Positions 1 to 13,100 of a DNA stretch of 64,000 nt are shown here, piece by piece. This stretch comes from Lingula anatina (taxonomy: Eukaryota; Animalia; Brachiopoda). A program made the position numbers and the translations under genes. A model generated the notes under the pieces. It saw only the letters and a list, made by a program, of their open reading frames with translations, was not told where the DNA came from and did no database searches. The stretch covers positions 6,262,001-6,326,000 of the forward strand of contig CM120641.1 of the NCBI GenBank assembly GCA_051362555.1. Direction: 5' to 3'. Numbering within the stretch: position 1 is the stretch's first letter; every line of letters begins with the position of its first letter.

Positions 1-659
1 TGGGCTCCATGGAGATGAGGAGAGTTACCAATTTATAATATGCACAGAGCAAGTTACTGTGCGTTGGATCAGTACAAGAACAGTTAAATGACAGTCTTAT
101 GTTTTATTTTACTTTCAGTATATGCCATGTCAGCTTCCCATTATGTTAGCATACACAGAAAATAATAACAGTTATTTTGCTTACTTGTAGTCCAACAAGA
201 TTTACCAAAAACATCAGTATGGATTTACATGTATCAAGTTTTTGAAGAGAAATGTAGGACTTTACCATAGAAAACATTCCAACATGGACATTATTTAAAG
301 GATCAGGTTCTAACTTTCAGAAGAAGTATGTGGCATGAAATGTACCCTATAAGGCAGCTTATGCAGTATTTGATTCCTTACAGACTGTCTGACATTTAAC
401 TCTTTGACCGAGGTCCACATGAAAACATGAGAGTTTTGCCCAGGAGGGACAAAAACTTTGACATTGTGCTGGAGTTATGAAGAATATACTGATTTGTATA
501 TGCATCAGCAAGTTAAATAAGTTGATAAGTTGCAGCAGGAAGATATGAAAAAAAAAGAAGGGATGGATAATCTTGAATTGATATTGTCTGAAATATTGCC
601 CAAAAGTAAAATAATGTACATAGTTTTGTGATTGTTTTATTGCTTTCATTTGTTGACAG

Positions 660-829
660 CTCGTTGATCAACTTAAACCTGGAGGCAGGCTGATAATACC
701 TGTAGGCCCAGAGGGGCATAACCAGCAATTAGTTCAAGTAGACAAACGGCAGGACGGGACTGCTGACATACAGAACTTAATGCCAGTGATATATGTACCA
801 CTCACAAACAAAGAAAAGCAATGGCCAAG
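660..829 (+). CDS. PCMT1: Protein-L-isoaspartate O-methyltransferase (PIMT), penultimate coding exon; the gene starts upstream of the window
   Basis: Acceptor ttgacag|C at 660. Translates [57 protein letters not shown], closely matching the recalled PIMT C-terminus ([17 protein letters not shown]...VIYVPLTDKEKQWSR). Donor AG|gtggat at 829/830. Not in the ORF track. Confidence 0.95.
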
Positions 830-911
830 GTGGATTATTTTGTTTGCTTTACTGACTGTAATTGTTCTTATTGCAATATTTTATCATTTAGCTTTCATAA
901 GTGGGGTATAA
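830..911 (+). CDS. PCMT1: PCMT1 read-through (unspliced) C-terminal extension encoding a hydrophobic tail-anchor helix
   Basis: The frame stays open past the donor: [30 protein letters not shown] (stop 909-911). Confidence 0.55.
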
Positions 912-1544
912 TTTTTTCACATTTAGTGTATATTTTTTTAAAAATTAAATTAAGATTATAGTGAACAATTAACATTGAATTGAAATGTATTTTGTCTTTT
1001 GTTTTGTTTGCTTTCCACTTGTCACCAGACAATGAAAGGAAAGGGTTTTAACTTGAATGAAAGGAAAAAGTAATTAAGAAATTAAGAAATTTTCAAGAGA
1101 AAAAGAGTAGTTATTAGAGTGAAGTAACCTTAGAGTGTCAAATTTACAATGAAATACTTGCTACTGGACAAAAAAATTTCAGAATGATATTTGGCAGATA
1201 TTAGAAAAAGTTCATGGCATCCCAAAACTGCATATATGATAAATATGCTTAACCTGCTAATGATGAAAATAAAAGCACATAGTTCCGGTAATTAGATTTA
1301 ATTCATTATCTTTTAAAGATATTATATTATCATTTGGTTGTCCTTATTGTTTTCAAGTATGTAACTCCTAAATTGCATATTTGTAACTTGTTTGTCTTAC
1401 TCTATGCTGGAAAATTTGGCAGAGAGCGGCTTTTCATTCTTCAACTGAAAATATGTTAAATATGAAAAAGGGTGATAATAAAAATAATTATCTGAATGAA
1501 TAAAAACAAAATTTGAAATGTGAATCTTACATTGTTATTTTCAG

Positions 1545-1563
1545 AGGAAAGGAAGACCTGTAG
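1545..1563 (+). CDS. PCMT1: PCMT1 terminal coding exon giving the C-terminus ...WPR-GKEDL*
   Basis: Pyrimidine tract and ttttcag|A GGA AAG GAA GAC CTG TAG. Phase 2 matches the donor at 829. Parallels the -RDEL splice isoform of mammalian PIMT. Confidence 0.75.
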
Positions 1564-1873
1564 CAGTACAACACCAAGAAATGGTTTTCGGTTTTCAAGA
1601 GTGCTGTGGTCCCAGTTTGCCCTACTTTAACTTAACATACATTGCATAAAAGTGATAACTTTAGATGCAAATATGTAGTTTTGTGATTGATAACCAAACA
1701 GGCTATTTAACATATAAACACATTGTGAGTCATTTAGTTTGGATTCTTTTCCTAATTCAAGCCTCTCTGCCATACTGTTTAAACACAAAGGCAGGAGAAA
1801 GACTTCTTTATATTATAATTCTAGCATAATTTATTCATTGTGTGTGTGACCTAGGTACCAAAATCCCAGTGTT

Positions 1874-1914
<41 letters not shown>

Positions 1915-2993
1915 ATAAAGGGCCTAAGTATTCCCAGTAAATGCTAAGTTTGCTCATACTGTAAGTGGTGCATGGCACCATATGTAGGATTGTTCCATAC
2001 TGTTGTTTGCAAGGATTGTAAAATGAATGCTTTGTTTTATTGGTTGGAATTTTTTTCATTAAGAAGGAAACTGCTTAAGTCCTTTTATTTATTTTGCAAC
2101 AATTTGTAATTTTGTACCTTTTTTGACCTATTAGTCATATGCAGTATTTCTGTACTTCATGCAATGCTGGTAGATATAAATACACCTTGTATTTGCAGTT
2201 ATATAAAATGTTTTGGAAAAGTGTATTGTAAAATGTATATACATTCAAGTTAAAACCCTTTAAATTTGTTGCTTTGAAGAGTAATTTTTATTTTAAGTAA
2301 GTTTAAAGTAAATTGTTCATTAAAACTAGCATTTCTGTTACATTAATGAATTTGGCAGTTTTGCTGTCAGTTTATCTCCAGAAGTTGTGCCATTTGATAC
2401 TATGTAAACTGATATAGTTTTTTCTTTTCCTAAAACATTGTTGAGAGTATTAACTGGCCATTATGACAGTGTTGTGACAAAATGACAAATCATTTCTCCT
2501 CCTGTCTCTGCAGTACATTCACAGACAGCATATGGGAGTTTTTTTTTTTTTTTTTTTTTTGCACTTAACTGTGAAAAATGTAAATTGGAAATAATTTGAC
2601 AGAGATCACCAGACACAATTTTCATAGGGACTTACATTGCACCCAAGAATTCTAAATCCCAAGCAAGTTAAGGCAGACTGCCCAGCTTCTCTTTGCTAGT
2701 TTTAGTTTTAAAACAACCTAACTCAAAAAGCTATAGACAGCTTTTGATAAATTTTCAGGACAGATAAAAAAAATGGGCCAAATTGGAATTTGGTGGCAAT
2801 TTATCAATAAGTTGATTAATAATAAGAACTGAGCCATCTTGGCATAGGTCTGTCCCTCTGAATGCTTTTCTAGTTGTAATGAGAATAATATAGTTGAACC
2901 TAGGCTGGACAAACCCCAAGCGTGATCAAAGATTTTATCTTGGGAAGAAGCTAACAAAAAAGAAATAGAAACCATTTTGACAAATACAATTGC

Positions 2994-2999
2994 TTTATT
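2994..2999 (-). terminator. Candidate polyadenylation signal of the LRP11-like gene
   Basis: tttatt (AATAAA on the minus strand) about 1.2 kb after the stop codon, followed downstream on the minus strand by GT/T-rich sequence. Confidence 0.4.
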
Positions 3000-4187
3000 A
3001 CAGCAAAATAATACGTGTAGTTGTCTATACACATATAATATATTAGTTTGAAGACTTACATAAAACATCAGTCAGTAATATCAAATCCGATACCCATTTA
3101 CAAGGACAGACTATGATTAGCATGAAGCAATGTGTACTAGTAGACTTTAAGACGGCACAACATGAGATAACTGAACAAATTTTGAACAATTGCAGAGCAC
3201 TAATCTGCAACAATATTTTCTACATGTGATCTTTTAATGCTACCAAACGATCTTCTCTATGACAAATCATATTGCACATGCTATGGAATAAAAAATAAAA
3301 TAAGTGGACCTCTTATGAATATAAACAAATGTAATTTTAATCACAGCAAGCTGGGAATGCTTTGATGACAGTAGGGATTTCCTTATGTTTCAATTATACC
3401 AATATATCAAATGATGCATTTTCTCAACATGTGACCTTAAAATTAACTTTTACAAATCCTTGTAAAAGCAGCAGTTCATGTATAAAATAATTATCATGAA
3501 AATTTCACTTTTTCCAAATTTAAGTAGACCAAAAGGAACTGTATTCTTTTCAGTAACTCCAACTTGAATATTTCAAGAAAATTTCTGTTTTACCCTCAAC
3601 TATCAGAAAGTGTCAGAACAGCATAGTTTGAAATATTAACACATATACATAAGATGCATATTTCCTGTCCTAATACTATTCATTTATTAAAAGTTTGCAA
3701 CTTCTATACAAAACCAGTGTAACACTTAATCTGTTAGCTGGCAATTAGTTGAAGTAAAAGACCATTTATTCAAACCCTGTTAACTTAAACTGTAAACTTA
3801 CTCAGAACATTGATGTCAATAAGGAGTATTAAAATCTCTAAAGACATAACACAACATAGTCCTAAAAAAGTCTGGAATTGCAACCATTTAAATTGATCAA
3901 ACACTTCAGGATGGACAAATACTTGGGGACTTATTTTGTAACCACTCTCTTGAGCAATCACTGCATTTGGGAGGTATTATTTTAATTTAAATTGTTCCAA
4001 AATACATAGTGCTTTCTCAAAGATGTTCTCAGTTAAAAAAAAATTGTATTCTCACTTGTGGTGAGAAATTGTTTAAACATCAGAAAAAGAAATATCTACA
4101 AGAACATTTATAAAAGAATAATAACGATAAAAAAACGAAGTATGTGAAACCAGCTGAAGAAGATGCCCTTACACTGTACCCAAACAT

Positions 4188-7100
4188 TTACAAGTACATA
4201 CCATTAATCAAGTAATCAGCTTCATTAGAGTTCAGGGGTTTTCCCCTCCGTAGCTTTCTCTTCATATTCCTGTATTTACAGCCAACAAAGAGCAGTAGTA
4301 ATGCCATAACAGTAAGTCCCAAGGACAGTGCCAGTATGGGCCCCTGCCTACTGGAGGCAGCCTGTTCTTCTTCCTCAGTGACCTGATTCAGGAGATCAAC
4401 TGAGGAATTGGGTGTTATCACCTGGTTGGATGGTTGATCTGGTTGGTGTTCTGTTGCTGGTTGTTTTGAACTCGACTCGTCTCCTGGTTTCACTTCCTCA
4501 GAGGTCGCAGGACTGGGCGAAGTTGGAACTGTAACTGCTGGAGTTTCTTGCTCTTTGCTGTCACCATCATTAACAACTCTCTGGGGCATTTCTGTAGGAC
4601 CTGTTGTATAAACATGAGGATTTGGATCTATATCTTTCCTAATAGAGCAAGATGGTAATATAACATATTAAGATCAATGACACCATATTACCTCATAAAA
4701 CTCCAAATATGTATCTTTTTTTTTAATCACAATAATAAATCTTGAAAAGATAAAGGTTTACTGACCTGTGTCCTCTTTATCATCTTTCACTTTCTCCTCT
4801 TTGGCATCTTCAACCTTGTTTTCTTTCTTGGGCTCTGTTTTTGCAAAAGGTAATAAGCAACATACAATGGTACTAGTAAAGGTAACATTTGAATTTTCAT
4901 TCATTTGGCCAATTTTGAAAATGAAATTGGAATATTAACTGAATACAGAAAATGAAATAATTGAAAACAGACAACTTTCATAACATGATTTCACTCAACC
5001 ATAATGCCATTCATGATAATGTGTTGATCAATACATAGCAAGTAACTGACTCATTACTCCATTTCCTAATAATTGTCTGTTTACCTGGAGTTGGAGTGGG
5101 TTCCTTCTCCTCTTTTCCTGCATTCTCTTCCTCTACAAACAGAAATAACATACTGTTCAACCAAACTGTATCTTACAATTGTATGCAGTTTTTTTAGAGT
5201 CAAAATAAAAACAAATGGATAGCTACATACTAGTACTATTAGTAAACATTTGAAAAAATACTGTGGTTATCCACCAGTTTTGATTATGTGTATCGGTGTT
5301 GCATATAAAAAGATGCAGCATCTATGTAAAGACATATAATTGTGCAAGTGATGCAAATGATTAAATGAAGTTAAACATATCAAATCATTAGCAAAATACC
5401 AAGCATTAAATTAAACCTGTAATGAGGTAATCTTTACTTTCAATATATTTCAACTCCTCCACCAAGTATGCCTTTTCAATTTTAACAATGCACTATCTGA
5501 CTACTACTAGCAAAATTTTGAACTGCTTTACTGAGGATTTTGGAAATTTCAACTAATAATAGGCCAAAAGATACCAGAAGCTCCTTCTAAACCCACACCC
5601 ATGAACACTGCACAATACAACGATTTGCATTCAATTACTAAGTATAAGCAGACTCAATGCAATTCCATGTTCCTACATCTATATCAGTGTTTGAAATTTG
5701 ATCCCAACATATAGAAAACCAGTCCAATCAATGGTGCATCTTTGAACTGGTGAAGTTGTTGTATTGTGCAATGTGCAACATGTCCCAGAGAAAAATACAG
5801 AAATGTAACTAACACCTATACAATAGACAACCTAGCTAGTCTAAATATCTAGTTGCATTTCTGTAGGATAGTTAGTGAAGCATGAATTAGTACCAAGCCA
5901 TGTTCTGTAGGGGAACTGGTAGACTGGTTTAGCGTGGTCATTAAACAAGGAGTTTCTAAAGTAACCTAAATAATAAAATACAAAACAAAATGGTAAATAA
6001 ATCACACAGTACTTGAAAATAATGTTCAAGATGAAAATTAATGTCATTTGCATCAAGCACATGTTAAAAGACTTAATATACTGGATTTGATCACCCTTTC
6101 AAATTTGGTCTGCCTTTCAACACAAAGGGGAAGAAGCATTCTCTTTGCTTCTCTTTTATTCTTTTTCCACAATATCATGCACTTGGCCAATAAGGAAATC
6201 AAGTTTAAACCACATATTAAAGTATTTGAGTCAATATAAAAACACATGCTTTCAACAAATTTCACTCCACCCTCATTATAAACTAAAAATTGTGCTAAAA
6301 ACTTTTTTATAAGATGAAAGAAAACTCATCATTATACACTAAATCAAAGCACTGAATAAAATACTCATCAGGAAGATCATGATAAAAGTACCATTCTTAT
6401 TAAATCTACTTCTGTATCTTGCATTTTATAAACTGAATAAGGTAGATTAATGTTTAACAAAAAAGGAAATTAAATACTGCCATGCATAATATAAATATGT
6501 AAAGATGTAGACTGAATATTTTTCAAAAAATAAATACTGGGGTTTCAGAAAGATATGAGATATGTACGAATATTGCAAGACCCTTGTCCAGATATCATGC
6601 CTTGACATATAAAAAGGCATTTATTGCCATAACCAAACATAAATCAATAAAAAAGTTTTAAAAATAAAATAAGTACAATAGCACCATAACATAGGCAAGC
6701 AGAGAATAATATTTGTAACTAAGGTAACAGAATATACAACATCATAATTTGAAAGATGATAGTAGGGTGATTTAAGCAAATAACACAGTACAATTTAACA
6801 ATAAAAATTGGACATGCCATTATGTAAATTCATCATGGTCAAAGATTCAAAGATACATCAAACTGAATCATGATTATAAGGCATGCAAATAAAAAACAAA
6901 CAACAATAAGTCAACGGATACTACACAAGGCATACAAGAAAAAAGAAAAATGAGCCTAAATACCAACAAAAATCATAAGTACACAACTGTAAGAATAAAC
7001 CATGCACCATCAAGCTGACCTGAATCCCCAAGACCTTTGTGCTCCCATATGTCCTTTCCAGCATTTGTCTGTTTATCATGGGAGCCACCATAGTCATAGT

Positions 7101-10100
7101 CAAACCCTGTGCCATGGACTTTGTAATTCTCTAAAGCAGCATCATTGGGGTCCACGTAGCTGTCACTAACATCTGAGTTCACTTTGCCATATCTTCCATA
7201 ATTATTATACAGTTTTTCATCATAAGTATTTTTTCCTTTGTATTTTTGGTGATTTCCTTGTTGTTCTCTTCCATAGCTGCCATAGCCTTCATCATTTCTA
7301 TTATCTTCTTTCACTGGACCATACCTGCCATCATACCTATTGTCATATCTTGATCTGTAGGGGTAGTCACTATCAAAAAGCCCATAGTCTCTATAACCAT
7401 TGTAATTGTGGTATGACCCTTGGCGAGTTGGCTGATCACCATCCTTATTCCTGTCCCTATCTAAGTAGTACTGGTCTGGTTCTGGATATAGGACAATTTT
7501 ATCAGCAGGTGCCCTGTTGTCATGGGGAGTAGGCTTGCTGCCTGAGCTGTGACCAACAGGTGGTTTGACATGGTGGTACCGAGAGTTGGGATCTTCACTT
7601 GGCCTGCTATTTTGCTGTGGGTAAAAACCATCACTAGCAAGCTTCCCTTCATTTTCTTGTGGCTTAGACTCCTGCCTGGTCTCCCCTGACTGGCCTTTCT
7701 TCCCTCCGACTTTATGATGTTGGATTCTGGCAGGGGGGTCTTCATGGGTGGGGGGGATTTCATGGGCTGAGGGGTATTGATGGGCGTAAGGGATATCATG
7801 AACAGGGGTGACATCATGGACAGGAGGGGGGTATTTAGAGGGGGCCTCCTCACTGGCATCACCTGATAGCTGTGACAAGTCTATATGCTCATTTCTTGCC
7901 AGGGCAGGCTCTGTGGTGGCTGGGGCTGTTGACATTGGAGGAGGCTCAGTGGGTGCTATATCTACTATGATGGATTTGCCAACTTCACCTTCGGATTCAG
8001 ACTGTGGTTTATGTCTGCTCAAGCCAAGATCAGTGAGGGTGTCTTCATTCGACTGCCCCTGGGTGTAATCATACATCTGGGCATGCTGTGCACTGTGAGG
8101 CTTCTCCTTCTGTTGGAGATGCTTCAGGTCGGCATGCTGCTGGAGCTCCTGTTCTTGTTGGCTTTCTGTTTCAGCAGTTGATCCCACACTAAGACCTTCA
8201 CTCTTTCTCCCTCCACCACCACCACCACCACCATCACTACTGGAGTCCCCCTCACCATAACCAGTATCCCAGTACCCATGGTTTCTGTAGTAATACTGAT
8301 CCCCAGCCCCATCTCTGTTAGGACTCCCATACACCTTCCTATACCCATCACTACCTCCATTGTCACCATTGTCTTCATCACCTGAGTTACTGGGATAGTA
8401 TCCATGCTGGTTTGAACCATGCGGGTTAGTATGATACCCATGCCCGTTTTTGTTTCCTGAGTGTATACTTGACATCTTATTATTATGCTCTATTGATAAA
8501 ACAGGTTTGAATGAGTGTTAGTAATATGGTATTTTAAGCAAGTTTAAGAATTATACTGACAATGCATACTATTGGAATATTTCAAATTTTCAAATATAAA
8601 AAGATCAAAAGATGAACTATACAAGACTTTGTCATAGTTACTAAAACAGACAAGGCAGCAAAGCTGTCAAATGTACAGACAAAAAACAGGAAATAACTAT
8701 GCTCAAAATAGGCTACTGTCAATTCTGATGTAAAAGTACATTATGTTAAACTGCAAATTCAACATCAAATTTTAATTATGCTCAACAGGTAATACCAATG
8801 TAAGTAAAATGTGTAACAAGCATAAGGCTTCAGGCCCATGGGAGTTCAAGTTCACACTTTGAAAATGTAAAACTTCCAGAAAAAGAAGTCAATTAGACTG
8901 CTTTTCCAACTCGAGCTGCATTTTAGTCCTGTGTTTCTTTTTTAAAAGTTTGACAATCATAAGTAATATGGTTTTCCCATGATGGTCATCATGGCAGCAA
9001 TACCCAAAATTGTGTTTTCTTCTATTCTGATGCAATATTTCATAATGCTTCACAGCATAAAGACCATCAGTTTTTAATAATAAAATATACGTATCATGGA
9101 TTTTCAGAAAATGTGACTAGCATGGGTCTTCAAGCCCAAGGTGGTTCTAAGTCACACCTTGAAATTGCCAATATGTGAAAAATTAAATTTTCACAAAAAA
9201 CTGATTAACTGCCAGAAAAATTTACCAAATAGACTGCACTGCCTAATGAAACTGTATTTTAGTCCCATGTTTCTTTCCTGTAAGTTTGAGAACAGTAAGT
9301 GACATGGTTTTCCTTAAATGGTCATCAAGAGAGCAGTGTCCAAAATAGGGGTTTCTTCAAATTTTGATGCAATATTACGGTAAAGTCTTGAAAATTTCGT
9401 CGCTTAAAAATTAATTAATATTTTTAATTGTGTAAATCCGACTAATTTTTCAAAATTACCTCTCCCCGACTCCTGGGTATGACGAAATTTTCAAAAATCC
9501 GGCCTTTGGGCTTTTATCCTTAGCGACTGTTATCTTTGACCCTCCTATATTGTGGGATATTTAAAACTACTTCCTAAGTCGTTTTCTGGTGGTAAATAAT
9601 AATATATTTATTACTGCATCTCGATTAAGTTTAATTTAACTTACTGTACCCGAAAATGTGTTGAGAATTATCTTCTCGGTAAGAAACATACCTCCTGATA
9701 GAGGAGAAGGATCAAGATAAGCTTAATTGCCTCCTTGCATTACAACCTGGCCGCGACATATTTAAAAAAAATTATGCACTTGGCAACGTTTGTTGCATGC
9801 AGGGCTTTTCCCAGGATTGAATGTCAGGCCTTCTAAAAGTACCATCTGTAACTTCCTAAAAATTTACAGGGAGTTAAAATAATTGCTCCCGCAGACGATC
9901 TTCCGCAATTTAAGTTTCTTGAACTTATATGAAAACTGAACGATCTCCCGATGATGATATGAAAATTGCCTTTTCGTCTCGCTCGGATCGCGAACGATCT
10001 CCCTCTGACGATCTTACGCGAACAAAGTCCTGGCGATATATTACGCAAACGATTCTTCGCCGAAGATACATGTATGCCGTGAGCGGGGAAGGGGGGGGGG

Positions 10101-13100
10101 TTAAAGATGAAATTAAAAATATATATTATTTATAATATTCAAAGGGGAGGGGGGGGGGGGTTAAAATAATGATCTCCCGCTGACGATCGTTTGCAAACTA
10201 AGTTCCTTGAACTAATATGAAAACTGCATTTTATTATTGCTTACATCGCGAACAATCTCCCGACGATGATATGAAAATTGCCTTTACGTCAAGCTAGGAT
10301 CGCGAACGATCTCCCTCTGATATGATTTTACGCGAACAAAGTCCTGAGGATATTACGCGAACGATTCTCCGCCGAATATATACCGTGAGCGGGGGAGGGG
10401 GGGCTGTTTAAAGATAAAATGAAAAAGATATTTTTTAAATCCAAAGTGTGTGTGTCTGGGGTCTGGGGGGGGGGGGGGGGGGGGGGAGAGTGAAATAATG
10501 ATCTCTCGCTGACGATCTTCCGTTAACGAAGTTCCCTAAATCCCTTGAACTAATATAAAAATTGCATTTCATTCTTGCTTACATCGCAAACGATCCCGCG
10601 ATGATTATCTTACGCGAACGATTCTCCGCCGAAGATATGCCATGAGCGGGGAAGGGGGGGGGGGGGGTTTAGATAAAATGAAAATATATATATTATTTAT
10701 TAAATTCAAAGGGGGGGGGGGTAGAATAGTGATCTCCCGCTGACGATCTTTTGCAAACTAAGTTCCTTGCACTAATTTGAAAATTGCATTTCATTCTTGC
10801 TTACATCGCGAACGATCTCCCGATGATGACATGAAAATTGCCTTTTCGTCTCGCTCGGATCGCAAACGATCTCCCGCTGATGATCTTACGCGAACGGAGT
10901 CTGCTATAAATATGAAAATTTTCTTCTTGTCTCGTTTGGATCGCGAACGATCTGTTGACAATATTACGCGAAAGATTCTCTGCTGAAGCTATGAAAATTG
11001 CCATCTCGTCCCATTCGCATTGCGAACGATCTCCATGGATGAGCCAGGTAATTGTTAAATGGTCCTAAATTGAACATGGACATGAATAGAAGTGACGGGT
11101 ACATTTCCCTTCGAGATAATATCTTGATTTTTCATTGTGTCTTCCTCATTTAGGACAGCCGCCGATAACAATAACGGCGTTACAAATGACAAAGCCGCGG
11201 CCTGTGACTTTTATTTGCCGGCTTGATAACGCACCTTGAGCCAGGTAATAGTAATGAAACTATTTAGACAAAAGGCCGATGTTCCCGCAATTAAGAACGG
11301 GGATTCACATCTTAACCACTTATATTGTGAGTAACCGCTCGCAGGGGCGCACTATTGTTCCTATCTCCCATTGAGAGTGTTATCGGCAATGATATCCTGA
11401 TCGTATCATTGTCTTGAATCAACTGACGCATTACCTTCATGTTTGAGCTGGACAACGCGGCCATATTTGGTGACGAACTTTTCAAAAATTATTGAGTACC
11501 TCATTTTCAAGGTCGACGAAGTTTTCAAGGGGAAAAAAATTACCTCGGCGGAAAATCGTCTGCCGACGAAATTTTCAAGAACGACGAAATTTTCAAGACT
11601 TTACCGTACATAATGTTTAACAGGATAATAACCATCAATTTTTAAGAATAAAATATTAGTATCATGGATATTCAGAAAATGTGACTAGCAAAGGTCTTCA
11701 GGCCCATGGAACTTCAAAGTCACACCTTGAAAATGCCAAAATGTAGACAAGACAGTACTGTCCTGAAATGCATTTTTTCCATTTTTAACAATTTTTTAAC
11801 ATATAACAAAATTAACACTTAACTGCCATTTTTATATGATCAACTAAGAAAATTGATGAGATGGGAAAAATATCAATAGAACAGTGTTTAATGTCCAATT
11901 TCCTCCATTCTGAGTTTCTGAACATAGTGAATGAATGAATGAATCTGACAAACTGCAATGATAAGAGTTTATTTCCATTTTTGAAACTCTATTATACAAT
12001 ACATGATAACAAGCTTACCATCATTTTTACATAATCAACTAACAATGTTGTAAAGATGCAGGAAATATCAAACAAAGACTTTTACGTATCTTATTAGTTA
12101 AATAATGAGACTGTTAACATGCCTAAATATTGAATCTGAGGAAATGTGAAACAAGACAGTGCTGTTATGAAATGCGTTTATTTCCATTTTTAACACTTTT
12201 TAACATAAAACAAAATTAACAGTTTACTGCCATTTTTATATGATCAACTAAGAAAGTTGATGAGATGTGAAAAATATGTCAAATATGTCAAATGTCCAAT
12301 TTCCTCTATTCTGAGTTTCTGAACATAATGAATGATTGAACCTTACAAACTGCAATGATATGAGTTTATTTCCATTTTTGACACTTTATTATACAATACA
12401 CGATAACAAGTTTACCATCATTTTTACATAATCAACTAACAATGTTGTAAAGATGCAGGAAATGTCAAACAAACACTTTTACGTATCTTATTAATTAAAT
12501 AATGAGACTGTTAACATGCCTAAGAATTGAATCTGAAGAAATGTGAAAAAACAGCATAACTTTGAAATAATGGCCCGATTATGCTGATTTTCAAACTTGA
12601 CCTGCGTTTTAGTAAGATTGATTACTCCTGTGAGTTTCATGACAACAGGCCTATCGGTTTTCTTTGAAATGTGTTAACAGTGTTGCATATATGCTGAAAA
12701 GTGAAAAAACAGCATAACTACTAAAATGGTGGCCCGATCATGCCGATTTTCGAACTGGACCTGCATTTTAGTAAGATTGATTACTCCTGTGAGTTTCATG
12801 ACAACAGGCCTATCGGTTTTCTTTGAAATGTGTTAACAGTGTTGCATATATGCTGAAAAGTGAAAAAACAGCATAAATTCTACAATAATGGCCTGATCAT
12901 GCTGATTTTCGAACTTGACCTGCGTTTTATGAATATTCATCAGCTCTGTAAATATAAAGCCAAAAAGTAAAACTGTCTTCCACTTATGGTGTTAACGCTG
13001 AAAGTGCACGGCGACGGCGACATCGACGGCGACATGAACAGCGACGGCGACGACAGACGCAGGTGATGGCAATATGTACAGACACATCTGTGTCTGTACA

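Noticed and set aside
2-91. Short open frames at the window start (GLHGDEESY..., ...MRRVTNL*)
   Set aside because: No similarity to the expected upstream PIMT exon. Most simply PCMT1 intron sequence.
9833-11004. Small ORFs and ~49-bp periodicity suggestive of a CRISPR-like array or repeat protein
   Set aside because: The units are degenerate tandem copies with no unique spacers and no cas genes. They lie inside a TIR element in a eukaryotic intron.
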